In this document: positions 13,077 through 24,265 of the stretch, piece by piece | Layout of the letters: every line of letters starts with the position of its first letter | Position numbering within the stretch: position 1 is the stretch's first letter | Source: Octopus vulgaris | Taxonomy: Eukaryota | Direction of reading: 5' to 3' | Length of the DNA: 64,000 nucleotides | Assembly (NCBI GenBank): GCA_951406725.2 | Contig: OX597820.1 | Location: 114,762,001 to 114,826,000 of the forward strand | Notes under the pieces: model-generated | Told to the model about the DNA's origin: nothing | Seen by the model: the letters and a program-made list of their open reading frames with translations, nothing else | Database searches by the model: none | Translations under genes and position numbers: made by a program

Positions 13077-14598
13077 TCAACTAAGCATGGCCACAGTCAA
13101 ATGACTGAAACAAGTAAAAAGGATGCCATTTTAATCCTGCTAGTTTGCTATAAAAAGGAAAATTTAAGAAATTCCATAAAATGTGTTTAATGGGGAAAAA
13201 AATATTGAGAAAAATATCATTTCACCATTACTTCTTTGAAAATAACTGGTGTGCCTTGTGTGGTTGAGAAGCCTACTTCCCAGGCCAACCAATGCTTTGC
13301 AAATTGATTTGGTAGATGGAAACCGGATGAGGTCCTCTCTGCGTGCGCTTGTGCCTTTTTCTTGACATTACATGATGGATACAAACAAGCATAGCCTTTA
13401 CACAAATGAAGTCATTTGTTTCCAGTGTTCTTTGAAATACATGTCTGGCCATTGAGAAATATTACCTTGCTTGGTAGCAAGTGAAGGTTGGCGAAAAGAA
13501 GAACATCCTGTCATAGAATATTTGTCTCAATGAGTTCCATCTGACTCCTGCAAGCAGGGAAAAGTCGACATTAAATGATGATGATGGTGGTGGTGACAGT
13601 AGCAATGACGTAATTGTCTAAATGTTAAGTTGGGATAATCTTAAGTGCTGAGTCTAAAAGTATTTTTTTAGATAATAGGGTACAACTACAAACACACTTA
13701 TTGAAGTTGTTTAAATTGATATGGGAACAGAACTTGCTAAGAAAATTTAGGAAAACAAATTCTTTAGAATTAGCCTCATAATATACACTGGTCTGAGTGA
13801 AAATTTTTGAGGTAGACTGGTAGTTGCCTATACCTGCAAATTTCTCTTTTACATGCCACAAATGTTTATCCAAGGGAAAGGTTACCGACTTGGACCCATA
13901 CAAGTTGACACCAGTGTCTCTGCAGGTGATGTCATCAGGATGCAAAGCATCAGAAAAGACACTACAAAGCATCTTGCCTGACCCTCTTACTGTTCCACCA
14001 ATCAACAACACTTGATTGGTACTTTTTATTCACCCTGACAAAAATGAGCTAGGTGGGATTTAAACCCAGATCACAAAGAATTAGAACAAATTTCATGAGA
14101 CATTCTACGCAATGATCCAACAACTTGACAAATTCACCAGAGAAAGTGCAGAAAGGCTGTTGGTCTGCCTTGATAAATTCCATCCAACTCATGTGAGCAT
14201 AGAAAAGTGGATGTTAAAACAATGAATACTTAATATAAGGAATACTTAATTCCTTATGGCTCACTTCAAATCTTCAAGTAGATGTTAAAACCTGGAGTTG
14301 TTACCCTGTTGAATGAAGGTAATTAAAATAGATTTTACCCTTTATCATTCAACTTACTCTGTCAGATGTAATGCTTATTTATTCAAATTGTTTTCAATTA
14401 ATCCTGCATTATCTCATGGCTTTGAGATTTCATTGATGTGATTGTTTATTTTTAGAACAATATTGTTGGGCATCAGTAAGAAGCCAGATCTGATTGGTTG
14501 GAACATAAAACAAGTAAAATATTTAGGCTGGATGTGGCCGGCTTAAATGCTTTAAATGGTTAAAATTAGGTTTTATCAGTTAATTTTGTTCTTTACAG

Positions 14599-14706
14599 AA
14601 TCCAGAATGTTTTACATTTATTGGTAGCATCACAAGACGGTTACCTGTATGTCTTTAACATCGATCCCAAAGAAGGGGGAGAGTGCGTACTGCTGCGCCA
14701 ACATAG
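14599..14706 (+). CDS. WIPI2: WIPI1/2 exon (last propeller blade)
   Basis: tttacag|A ATC...CAT AG|gtaagt; [36 protein letters not shown] resembles WIPI2 [30 protein letters not shown]. Confidence 0.96.
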
Positions 14707-14996
14707 GTAAGTATTTTGAATTACTATTGATATACAGGTGTATACTTTGAAAAGCTGTCTTCATAGCATTTTAAGGAATGCCTCTTCTGTTTTTTGTTAG
14801 CAACATTGAACATAATTTGAGGTATTATTCAGAACATCTGTTATGAAAGAAAAAAAATTTTCTGTATTTAGATCCAAGCTCATTTAAAGTAACTAACTTA
14901 TATAAGATATTCTGATACGACAAGATTTTTCTTTGAGTAAGCCAGATTGTTTAAAACCATATTGACTTCTCAAGATATATTTGAATCCAGGTTCAT

Positions 14997-15950
14997 TTAC
15001 CCTTTTTGGTACCAACCCACCCGAGACTTTATTTCTTTAGTACCAGCTTCCTGTTTAGAAGTGATCAAGATTAAAACTTCCTGCCAAAAGTTTCATGCTA
15101 ATTTAGGTTCCAAATACCAGATGACTAATGACAAAGCTATGTTACTAAGTTTTCCATTATTTAAAAACATTAATTGAAATAAAAGTAATGTAGTTAAACA
15201 GAAATATAACACAAGGGTTATATAGGCGCAGGAGTGGCTGTGTGGTAAGTAGCTTGCTAACCAACCACATGGTTCAGGGTTCAGTCCCACTGCGTGGCAT
15301 CTTGGGCAAGTGTCTTCTGCTATAGCCTCGGGCCGACCAATGCCTTGTGAGTGGATTTGGTAGACGGAAACTGAAAGAAGCCTGTCGGATATATGTATGT
15401 TTGTGTGTCTGTGTTTGTCCCCCTAGCATTGCTTGATAACCGATGCTGGTGTGTTTATGTCCCCGTCACTTAGCGGTTCGGCAAAAAGAGACCGATAGAA
15501 TAAGTACTGGGCTTACAAAGAATAAGTCCCGGGCTCGATTAAAGGCGGTGCTCCAGCATGGCCGCAGTCAAATGACTGAAACAAGTAAAAGAGAAAAAGA
15601 ATATAACACAAGGGTTAAAGAAATCTGAATGGAAACCTTCCATCCGAATTTCCTGTTTAATGTCTGTTCCAAACACAGTCATTATTTCCAAAGTCAGTTG
15701 AAACAAAGACAATGTATTTCAACAGAAACATGGTAACAAAAGGGTTAATCCTTTTGATACTAACTCACCTGAGATTGCCCTTCATTCTATGATACAAATT
15801 ACCTGTTTTAAAGTGATTTAAATTAAAACCTCCCTTCAAAATTTCATGCTATTGTATGTTCTAAACAATAGCTTAATAATGACAGTCATTTTACTTCATT
15901 CTTCATCAGTTGAAATTAAGGCAGACGGAATATGCTAACTAAAGAGTTAC
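14997..15950. mobile_element. Tandem piggyBac-like (TTAA, CCCTTT...AAAGGG) MITE remnants
   Basis: Units begin ttaccctttt/ttaatcctttt and end aaagggttaa; related copies near 4110-4345, 38349-38562, 47820-48027. Confidence 0.5.
15221..15600 (+). mobile_element. tRNA/CORE-like SINE family A with 17-bp TSD, inside a TTAA-type MITE array
   Basis: Head ataggcgcaggagtggctgtgtggtaag, B-box-like ggttcagtccc, cttgggcaagtg core, gtaaaagag tail; TSD atataacacaagggtta at 15204-15220 and 15601-15617. Confidence 0.92.
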
Positions 15951-17564
15951 AGCAAGAAACTTATATAAAGATATTCTGATATGACAAAACAATGTTTAAA
16001 AATCTGTTGACTTCTCAAAGATGAGTTTAATAATTATTTCCCTTCCCATTCATTCATTCAGTTAATGAAGATTTGATATTTGACTTAAACCCAAGTAACT
16101 GTGGAATTATTTCCTGACCAATAGAGTGAAATATCCTCTTGTTTCTTTTTGTTAATAGCTGCTTCACTTTAGAAAAATCAAAAATTTTTCTTAGGTCCTC
16201 CAAGTAAAGAATTGTGTACATATGAAACATTTTTAGCAAGGAATTTATATAGTCTATAGAAGTTGGGTGGTTTTGTGAACATAGCAGTACACACCTCCTT
16301 ATGTACTGACACTTAACATCTCTTCTCTGACCCTTTCCTATTTTCCTTTACCTTCCCTCCAAAGATTCACCAGTGACCATGCCTCCATCCATGTTCACCA
16401 TTCACTCACAGCTTCCACCAATCCTAATCTCTAACTGTGTACCATATGCCTTTCGCTCTCTCCCACATTTACCCATCTACCCTTTCCCGCTCCTCATTCC
16501 TTAATCTCTCTTATATTCACCTTGTACTTTGGAAACATGCTCTAAGACTAACCTTATCACCACCATCTTTTGACCCTTGCCACCTGAGGTAAGCATGCAT
16601 CTTTTCTGTAGCAAGACACATATCCTGTCCCACTGTAATACTTTAGCCTCTCAACACCTGTTACAAAGTCACCTCCCTCAACTGCCTCTCAGTTGAAGGG
16701 GTTCGTCTTGAGAATTACTTGGCAGCCTTACTAGTACTGGTATCAGTAAAAAAAGAACTACCCAGTGTACTCTGTAAAGTGGTTGGAGTTAGGAAGGCTC
16801 TCTAGCCATAGAAACCATACCAAAACAGATATTGGCACCCAACAGATCCTCCAGCTCATTGGATCCTGTCAAATTGTCCAGCCCATGCCACTATAGAAGA
16901 CAGGTGCTAAATGTTGATGATGATAATGATGTTTAACATGGGTACAAGTATTGCTGTGGGTTTAATCTCAGTGTGGCATCTTTGGTACCTTATCCGCCAT
17001 CTTTTCAACAGCAACTTTGGCTGTCTTTTTGGATTCAGTGTTGTTACCACTGATGGACATGTTTATACAGTCAAAAGGCAATGCAGTCTTTCTTGCGAAA
17101 AATCCCTGAATTACGTTCAGTCACAGGGAATGAAGATCTTTGGTCTCATAGGTGTGGTAACACGGGATTAAGACACATGAAGCGATACCCTACTGCAGTC
17201 CATCCAACCCATGTTAGAGTGAAAAAGCAGACACCTAAATGAGGATGAGGAGGATAATGTTTCACTTATTTCAGTCATTAGGCTGTGGCCATGCTGGGGC
17301 ACCATCTTGAAGAATTCTAACCAAACTAATCAACTCCAGTACTTAATTCTTCTTTTTTTTTTTGTTTAGCCTGATACTTAATCTATCAGTTTCTCTTATT
17401 GTCTTTAAAAATAGAGGGATATAAAGGCATTCAGGGTATTGTAGTCTTGGATATAGAATATCTTAAACAAAGATAAGGTGGTCATCATTGGGATGTCTTT
17501 TGATTTTGGGTTTACTGAAATTGGGATTAATCACCAACAGCAACAAACATGCAGGGTTGCCTGC

Positions 17565-17945
17565 TCTTGACTTGACTTGAGACAGCATTCACCCGGGGTG
17601 GGTTGAACTGGCTTCATTCATCCTCAATGCTGCATCTCACAAATGCCGACCAGGCCTGGCGATTTGAGGCTAACGACCGCGTGATCTCCAACCACTCCTT
17701 ATTCCAGCGGCGAACACCGTAGATATGGGGACCTAGGCTGGGTTCCAGATCAGCCTTGACTGTCATCAGCCAGGTTTTTCGTTGTCCACCACATTGCTTT
17801 CGCCAACCCTGAAGGGGAGCTGGTGCAGTTGCTTCGTAGATGAATTCTCCTGGTTGGTGACGGAGGGCATGACCCAGCCAACACAGACGTCTCGTTAGGA
17901 TGGCTTGTCAGAGGGAGGTGATTCTGCACCTTGCTCTGCCTACAA
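17565..17945 (-). mobile_element. Second RTE-family LINE 3' fragment with (CAAGT)n tail
   Basis: Minus frame reads RRLCWLGHALRH...GWRKQCGGQRKTWLMTVKADLEP...SNRQAWSAFV; tail tcaagtcaagtcaag. Confidence 0.8.
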
Positions 17946-18085
17946 TCAAACACTTTTTATTAGAGTGTGCAATGTATTCCTCAATAAGACAGAGGAATGA
18001 AATATTTGGTATGCCTGTGTTGTGTCAAACATTCATTATTACCTATAGTCAACCTCAGTAAAGTCAACCTCAGAATGTGAAAACA

Positions 18086-18500
18086 GATGAAATGTTGCTA
18101 AGCCTTTTTCCCACCGTGCTCATCATTCTAATAGCTGGCCACTTTAATAACAATAATCATCATCATCGTTTAACGTCCGCTTTCCATGCTAGCATGGGTT
18201 GGACGATTTGACTGAGGGCTGGCGAACCAGACTCCAGTCTTGATCTGGCAGAGTTTCTACAGCTGGATGCTCTTCCTAATGCCACTACACTCTCGGAGTG
18301 GTTGGCGTTAGGAAGGGCATCCAGCTGTAGAAACTCTGCCAGATCAGACTGGAGTCTGGTTCGCCAGCCCTCAGTCAAATCGTCCAACCCATGCTAGCAT
18401 GGAAAGCGGACGTTAAACGATGATGATGATTATTGTTATTAAAGTGGCCAGCTATTAGAATGATGAGCACGGTGGGCAAAAGGCTTAGCAACATTTCATC
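18086..18500. repeat. Near-perfect ~200-bp-arm palindrome (SINE head + RTE 3' end)
   Basis: 18086-18284 is the reverse complement of 18303-18500 with only a few mismatches; 18-nt spacer. Confidence 0.95.
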
Positions 18501-19877
18501 CTTTTGGGGGTTGATAAAATAAGCCCCTGTTGAACACTGGGGTTAATGTAATTGACTTGCTCCTTCTCTAAAAAATTTCTGGCCTTGTGCCAAAATTTGA
18601 AACCATTGTTGTTGTTAGCATCACCATCATCAACATTGTCTTTTAACTCCTGACTTCTTTGCTGGCAGGATTTGGATAGTTTAACAAGATCCAACATTTC
18701 AGAGGACATCATCATGCTCCAATGTCTGTCTTGGCATAGTTTCTATGGGTGGATCCCCTTCCTAATGCAAACCACTTTACAGGATATACTGGGTGAATTT
18801 TTCATGGTACTAGCACTGGCGAGGACTCTGTGTAATTCAAAAGACAAAGATCCTTTTCAACTGGGTGGGACTATAAGGAGAGAAACGGGTGACTTCAGGC
18901 AAGGAACAGCATTATTTCTATTTCTGGAATCTTACTGTTCTTCTTAACTTCTTTCAGAAGAACACCAGTCTCTTTCCCTTTGTTCTTATTGTATTTTCTG
19001 TCATACAAGTCAAAATTTACAGCAGGAAAAAGGTACCTGCAAAGAAAGCTCTCTGGCTGAATGGTTATTTGGAAGAAAGAACGTTTACCTATGTGATGAG
19101 TATAGACTTAAAAAATTTATGTTTTCTTACTGAAAAATCTACCTCAGCTTAGATATGTCGACTTGTACATTAGGAAATACAAACATTTTCTTAACTCTTC
19201 ACTTTGTCTTCTAACTTTTGCTTCCACTAAAATATTTCTACTCCTCCTTATATAAATATTTATCTAATAATAGCTGATATAAATTTTGGTTGGTTGACTG
19301 ATTGATTTCTCCAGTCATGCTTTATATCATATAGGAAGAGGGGCAGAGAAATAATAAAAGAGAGATACAAAGAGAATTAATATAATAACTGCAGATACAA
19401 AGAGAGTTAATACAATAATTGCAGAGATAGGTTTTTGATGAGGTAGATTGCAATTATGTTGATTAAATTTTGTAAAACAATATATATTTATTGCAAATAT
19501 ACAAATGAGAATTTTTTAAAATTTAATTTTATTTTATGGTATTTAATATTTTTCTTAAAAAAATTAATAGTCATTTCATCATTTTATATTAGCACCGAGA
19601 AATTTGATAAAAGTTAAATCATAATTATTGTATATATGCAATATATCCTGATATCAACCGTGATGATAAATTTATACTTCCAAAGTTACCCATAATATGT
19701 CGTGCACCAGACAAATTGCTTGGCAATATTTCTTTTGAATCTTTACATTCCAAGTTCAAATTGCACTGAGATCGACTTTGCCTTTCATCCTTTCAGGCTC
19801 ATGAAATAAAGTATCTGTCAAATACTAGTCCTCTCCCCTCAAATTGCTGGCCTTGTGTCAAAATTTGGAATTATTAA

Positions 19878-19914
<37 letters not shown>

Positions 19915-20729
19915 GAAAGAATGTTTCAGTTTCACTAGCTTTGTTTAGTAAATGTGTAAAAGAGTCGAGCGAGGTCATTGCCAGTGCCACCTGACTAGCC
20001 CCATGCTGGTGGCACGTAAAAGTACCCACTACACTCTCAGAGTGGTTGGCATTAGGAAGGGCATCCAGCTGTAGAAACATTGTCAGATCAAGATTGAAGC
20101 CTGGTGCAGCCATCTGGTTTGCCAGCCCTCAGTCATACGTCTAACCCATGCTAGCATGGAAAGCGGACGTTAAACGATGATGATGATGGTTGGATGCTAT
20201 TCCTAACACCAACCATGTTACAGAGTGCACTGAATATTTTTTCATGGCACCAGCACTAGTGAGGTAGCTGAGTAACTGGCAAGACAAGAAAATAAAAGGA
20301 AAATCTCCTTTGACTCGGTATAATTGCAAGAATGGGATGTGGCTTTATGCCAGGTGTTGACAGGCTAAAGCATGAGAGACAGACAGGCACAGATGTTTTG
20401 CTATAGAGAAGATGCATGACTACCCTGCACTACATAAGGGTTCGGGGGGTAACCGGGAAGATAAAGATGGTGGTGACAAGGTGCCAGAGCAACTTTCAAG
20501 ATACAGAAAGGTGAGTGATGTTTATAATTATATTTTTTTAAATCCTGAAATAATTAAAATAAAACATTCAAAGAAAAAAATTTTTTTTTTCATAATTACC
20601 TTCAAATCTCTTCTGCATATTGAGATGCTTTACTGGAATTGCCAAAAATTCAGTTATTGATAAAAATAAGGCAACAAGAATACAATATAATAAATATAAA
20701 ATGCATTGTATCCCAAGAAAGAATAAATC

Positions 20730-21144
20730 AGTTCTATATTTAAGAGATGAGGAATTATGTACATTATTTACATTTGACAGATATTCGTCCTCATCTTGTT
20801 TCTTGTTAACACAACGTTTCGGCTGATATACCCTCCAGCCTTCATCAGGTGTCTTGGGGAGATTTTGAACCTGGGTTCCTAAGGTATTTTTTGATGTTAT
20901 TATTTTTCAGATCACTGCCTGGAATTGAACTCGGAATCTTGGGGTTAGTAGTCCCTGTTCTTAACCACGGGCATATGGCATAGTGGTTAAAAGCACAGGC
21001 TACTAACACCAAGATTTCGAGTTCAATTCCAGGCAGTGACCTGAATAATAATAATAATAATAATAATAACATCGAAAAATACCTTAGGAATGAGAACCCA
21101 GGTTTGAAATTTCCCCAAGACACCTGATGAAGGCCGAAACGTTG
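20730..21144. mobile_element. Head-to-head pair of tRNA-headed elements with Penelope-like tail
   Basis: Arms ~20812-20968 and ~20983-21144 are inverted copies; A box TGGCATAGTGG, B box GAGTTCAATTCC, (AAT)n, then CTGATGA...GAAACGTT. Confidence 0.8.
20808..20853 (-). ncRNA. Minimal type-I hammerhead ribozyme motif (Penelope-type)
   Basis: GACAC-CUGAUGA-A-GGCUG(GAGGGUAUAU)CAGCC-GAAA-CGU-U-GUGUU: stem I GACAC/GUGUU, 5-bp stem II, palindromic loopless stem III. Confidence 0.72.
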
Positions 21145-21312
21145 AAGTTTCTAAATTCTTTTGACAAGTAAGAAAAAAATATTTGTACTAACTGTAATGT
21201 AGTCTTTCGTGTCAAGTCCAGTTCATATGATGAGGATATAACTGATTGTTGTTTTTTTATTTTCAGAAACTAATCGTGATTTGGAGAATAAGGAATTCTT
21301 GTTTTTTTGCAG

Positions 21313-21479
21313 ATTAACTGGTGTTGAGTGTGGAAGTTCATTGGCTGATGTCCAGTCAACTAGCAAAGACCAAAATCAGTCTAACCCACCAGTGAGCTAC
21401 GCTGCCAGTGTACACAGGTCTGAGCAGCAAGCTCTGGTCACTGCTGATGCAACTTCTGTACTCTCCGGCACACCACCAG
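21313..21479 (+). CDS. WIPI2: WIPI1/2 exon, disordered C-terminal tail (may extend to an alternative donor at 21686)
   Basis: tttttgcag|A TTA...CCA G|gtaagc; LTGVECGSSLADVQSTSKDQNQSNPPVSYAASVHRSEQQALVTADATSVLSGTPP; SYAASV resembles WIPI1 SYAATV; phases fit both neighbours. Confidence 0.88.
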
Positions 21480-24146
21480 GTAAGCTCTCGACCCACCTTA
21501 CAAAGTGTCCAGCCGACCAAGACTGGGTCTCTGCTCCAACAACACAGTGGAGTGGAGCCACCACTGCAGCTCACAAACATAGCTATGCTGCAGTTCTGAA
21601 GAAAGAAGGTGGGCCACAGTGTCTAACAGATGATGGCAATGGGGAGGAGGATGTTGGTATTGATATGTTATTGTGTGAGGCGGCAGGTACTGTATAAAAT
21701 ATATTCCTTGTTCAAAAAGGCCATTCCTTTCACATTGTATCCCTTGTTATTTAGTTAATTTCATTTTTTAGTCACTTTTATTTATTTATTTGTATCCAAT
21801 TTTGATGGTGGCGTGGTAGCCCCTTCACTGTTTGTGAATGATATTGTGCTCAATAATTGTTATAGTACCTTCAAAGCTACAGCGATAAGGGTTAGTAAGT
21901 TCATCTTTGCATAGTTGTAATCAAACACTTTTAAGTATCACTGCATGCCAGTTCACCTCATATCATTTATCGCCATTACACATCACTAGTTATTATGCAT
22001 CTGACATCATTGTTTCTTTGTTGTTGTTGTTGTTGTTTAAGAAAAGCTTTAAAATGCTACTTAAATCAAGAGCTTGTGAGATTAATATTTTAATGAGCAC
22101 ATAATGAAAAAGCTTCCAATATAAAAATAAATAGAAAATGTCAAAGTGTTGAGAGCAACACCTTGATTTTTTTCAGTACTTTTTATTTCTTAATTTTTTT
22201 TTAGTAAATATATAGAATTATTCTAGATTTTTATTGCATGCTTCCCAAAGCTTTTGCTGTTAAAAGTCTCTTACTTTGGTACCTTTTCTTTTCTATATGT
22301 TTTGTGTATTATGGACAATCAAAATATTGTATATGTATGTGTTCCTATGGTCAAAACTGATATCATCATCATCATCAATTATTATTGTTGTTATTATTAT
22401 AAAGGTGACCAGCTGGCAGAACCATGAGCACACAGAGGGACAGAATGCCACTGAGCATTTTTTTTATCTTTACATTCTGAGTTCAAATTTGTCTTTCATT
22501 CTTTCAGAGTCAATAAAAATAAGTTCCAGTCAAATACTGGAACCAGTGTAATTAACTTCCCCTCATCCCTCAGAAACTGCTAGACCTTTGCTAAAATTTA
22601 AAACTGTGAGAGAGCAGTTACTCATCATGACTACCCTTCTGATAGGGGTACACCAGGCACATGCATCACTACCATATGTGCGTGATATGGTGATGTCATA
22701 TCAAGATAAACAGTGCATGACCTTGCAGGTGGGGACCAGTTAGCATTTTCTAAGATCCAGTAGCCCATCTTGCTCAAAAGGTCCCTGGATTAGGGTTGTT
22801 TGAGGATGTTGAATGAAACACCCATGTTTACATCATCATTGTCGTTTAACGTCCACTTTCCATGCTAGCATGGGTTGGATGTATGACTGAGGGCTGGCGA
22901 ACCAGATGGCTGCACCAGGCTCCAATATTGATCTGGCAAAGTTTCTACAGCTGGATGCCCTTCCTAACGCCAACCACTCCGAGAGTGTAGTGGGTGCTTT
23001 TACGTGCCACCGGCATGAGGCCAGTCGGGCGGTACTGGCAATGACCTCACTCGAATTTTTTACTCATGCCACCGGCACAGGTGCCAGTGATGCTGGTAAC
23101 GATCACAGTTATCTAATATAAATTTCTGAAAGTCACATCTAGGTAAACTGATGAAACACTTAATTTTACAAGTTGCCTGGCTTATTAAACTCTGTACTGC
23201 TTCGTAATGATAGTTTACATACACTTGTAACGCTTCAGTCATGTGCATATGCACAGCTATCAATTTTCTTCGTCTTAGATCAGTAATTGTTATTTCCTAT
23301 TTGCTTCTATCTAGAAATCAATGGAAGTAACTACTATTCCCTTCAAACTTTGCTTTTTTGATGTGAACATCAATATTTTGGAATTGACCTATTTTCCATT
23401 TCATTTCAGACGGATTCAGAGCTGAGTTGCCGAAGTAGAAATATCGTTATTGCAAATATTCTGCTCAATACAACCATCAGAGCATATTGCTTAGTGGCTG
23501 ACAATATGTGCGCCTCTGATCATAGACATGTGTAGTGGAAGAGCAACATGGCCTTGTGTTGAGAGGGATTCTTTTGGGTTTGAATAAATGTAACAAAAGC
23601 AAAGTTTGAAGGAAATAGTCATTTTTCATAATTTCTGGTGGAAAGCAAATAGGGAATATCAATTGCTCCCCAAGAAAGAAAATCTTGTTACAGTGTTATT
23701 TAACGATGTGAAGAATGTGTCTAGTTCAGTATAGTAGGTCTGGCATAATTTATTAGTACAGTTGTAATAATTTCTCTCTATTTCAACTAGTTTTACAGAC
23801 TACCTGCTGACTGCCTTAGGACTTGTATGATTTTAATAATCCTTAAATTAGTTTTGTATTAATCAATGGAAACAGAATAGGTGATATTTGGCTTCAATTT
23901 GAACTCTGATTTGTTGATTTAATGTTGATTTTTCTTAATTTGCCTGTTAATGATGAAGATATATTTTTTCTGTATCTTTTGACTATTGTTTATAACTTGC
24001 TAGTTCATCTTCCAGCTGCTTTCTTCATTTGAAAATTTACTCAAAATTATTTCTATTGTTAGCATTTAAAAAAAAATTTTTTTTTTTAAATTTGATCTTT
24101 CATATTTCTTGTTGAATTTAAAGACCTTTTATCTATTTATTTTCAG

Positions 24147-24265
24147 ACTCCCAGCCATACCAAGAACCAGATCAAGGGGCTGAAAGAACAGGAGACTGTC
24201 TGTCACAATATGTCGATACTTTACGCCTGCATGACGACAGTGAATTTCCACCTGTCTCTAATTAA
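24147..24265 (+). CDS. WIPI2: WIPI1/2 terminal coding exon
   Basis: attttcag|AC TCC...AAT TAA; DSQPYQEPDQGAERTGDCLSQYVDTLRLHDDSEFPPVSN*; matches the C-terminal motif of WIPI2 (LRLDEDSEHPP) and WIPI1 (LDDENEFPP). Confidence 0.92.

Noticed and set aside
12828-13190. Hydrophobic 120-aa membrane-protein-like ORF
   Set aside because: Translation of a (CTTT)n microsatellite
20969-21045. Genuine tRNA gene
   Set aside because: Acceptor stem does not pair properly and it is embedded in a repeated element; treated as a SINE head
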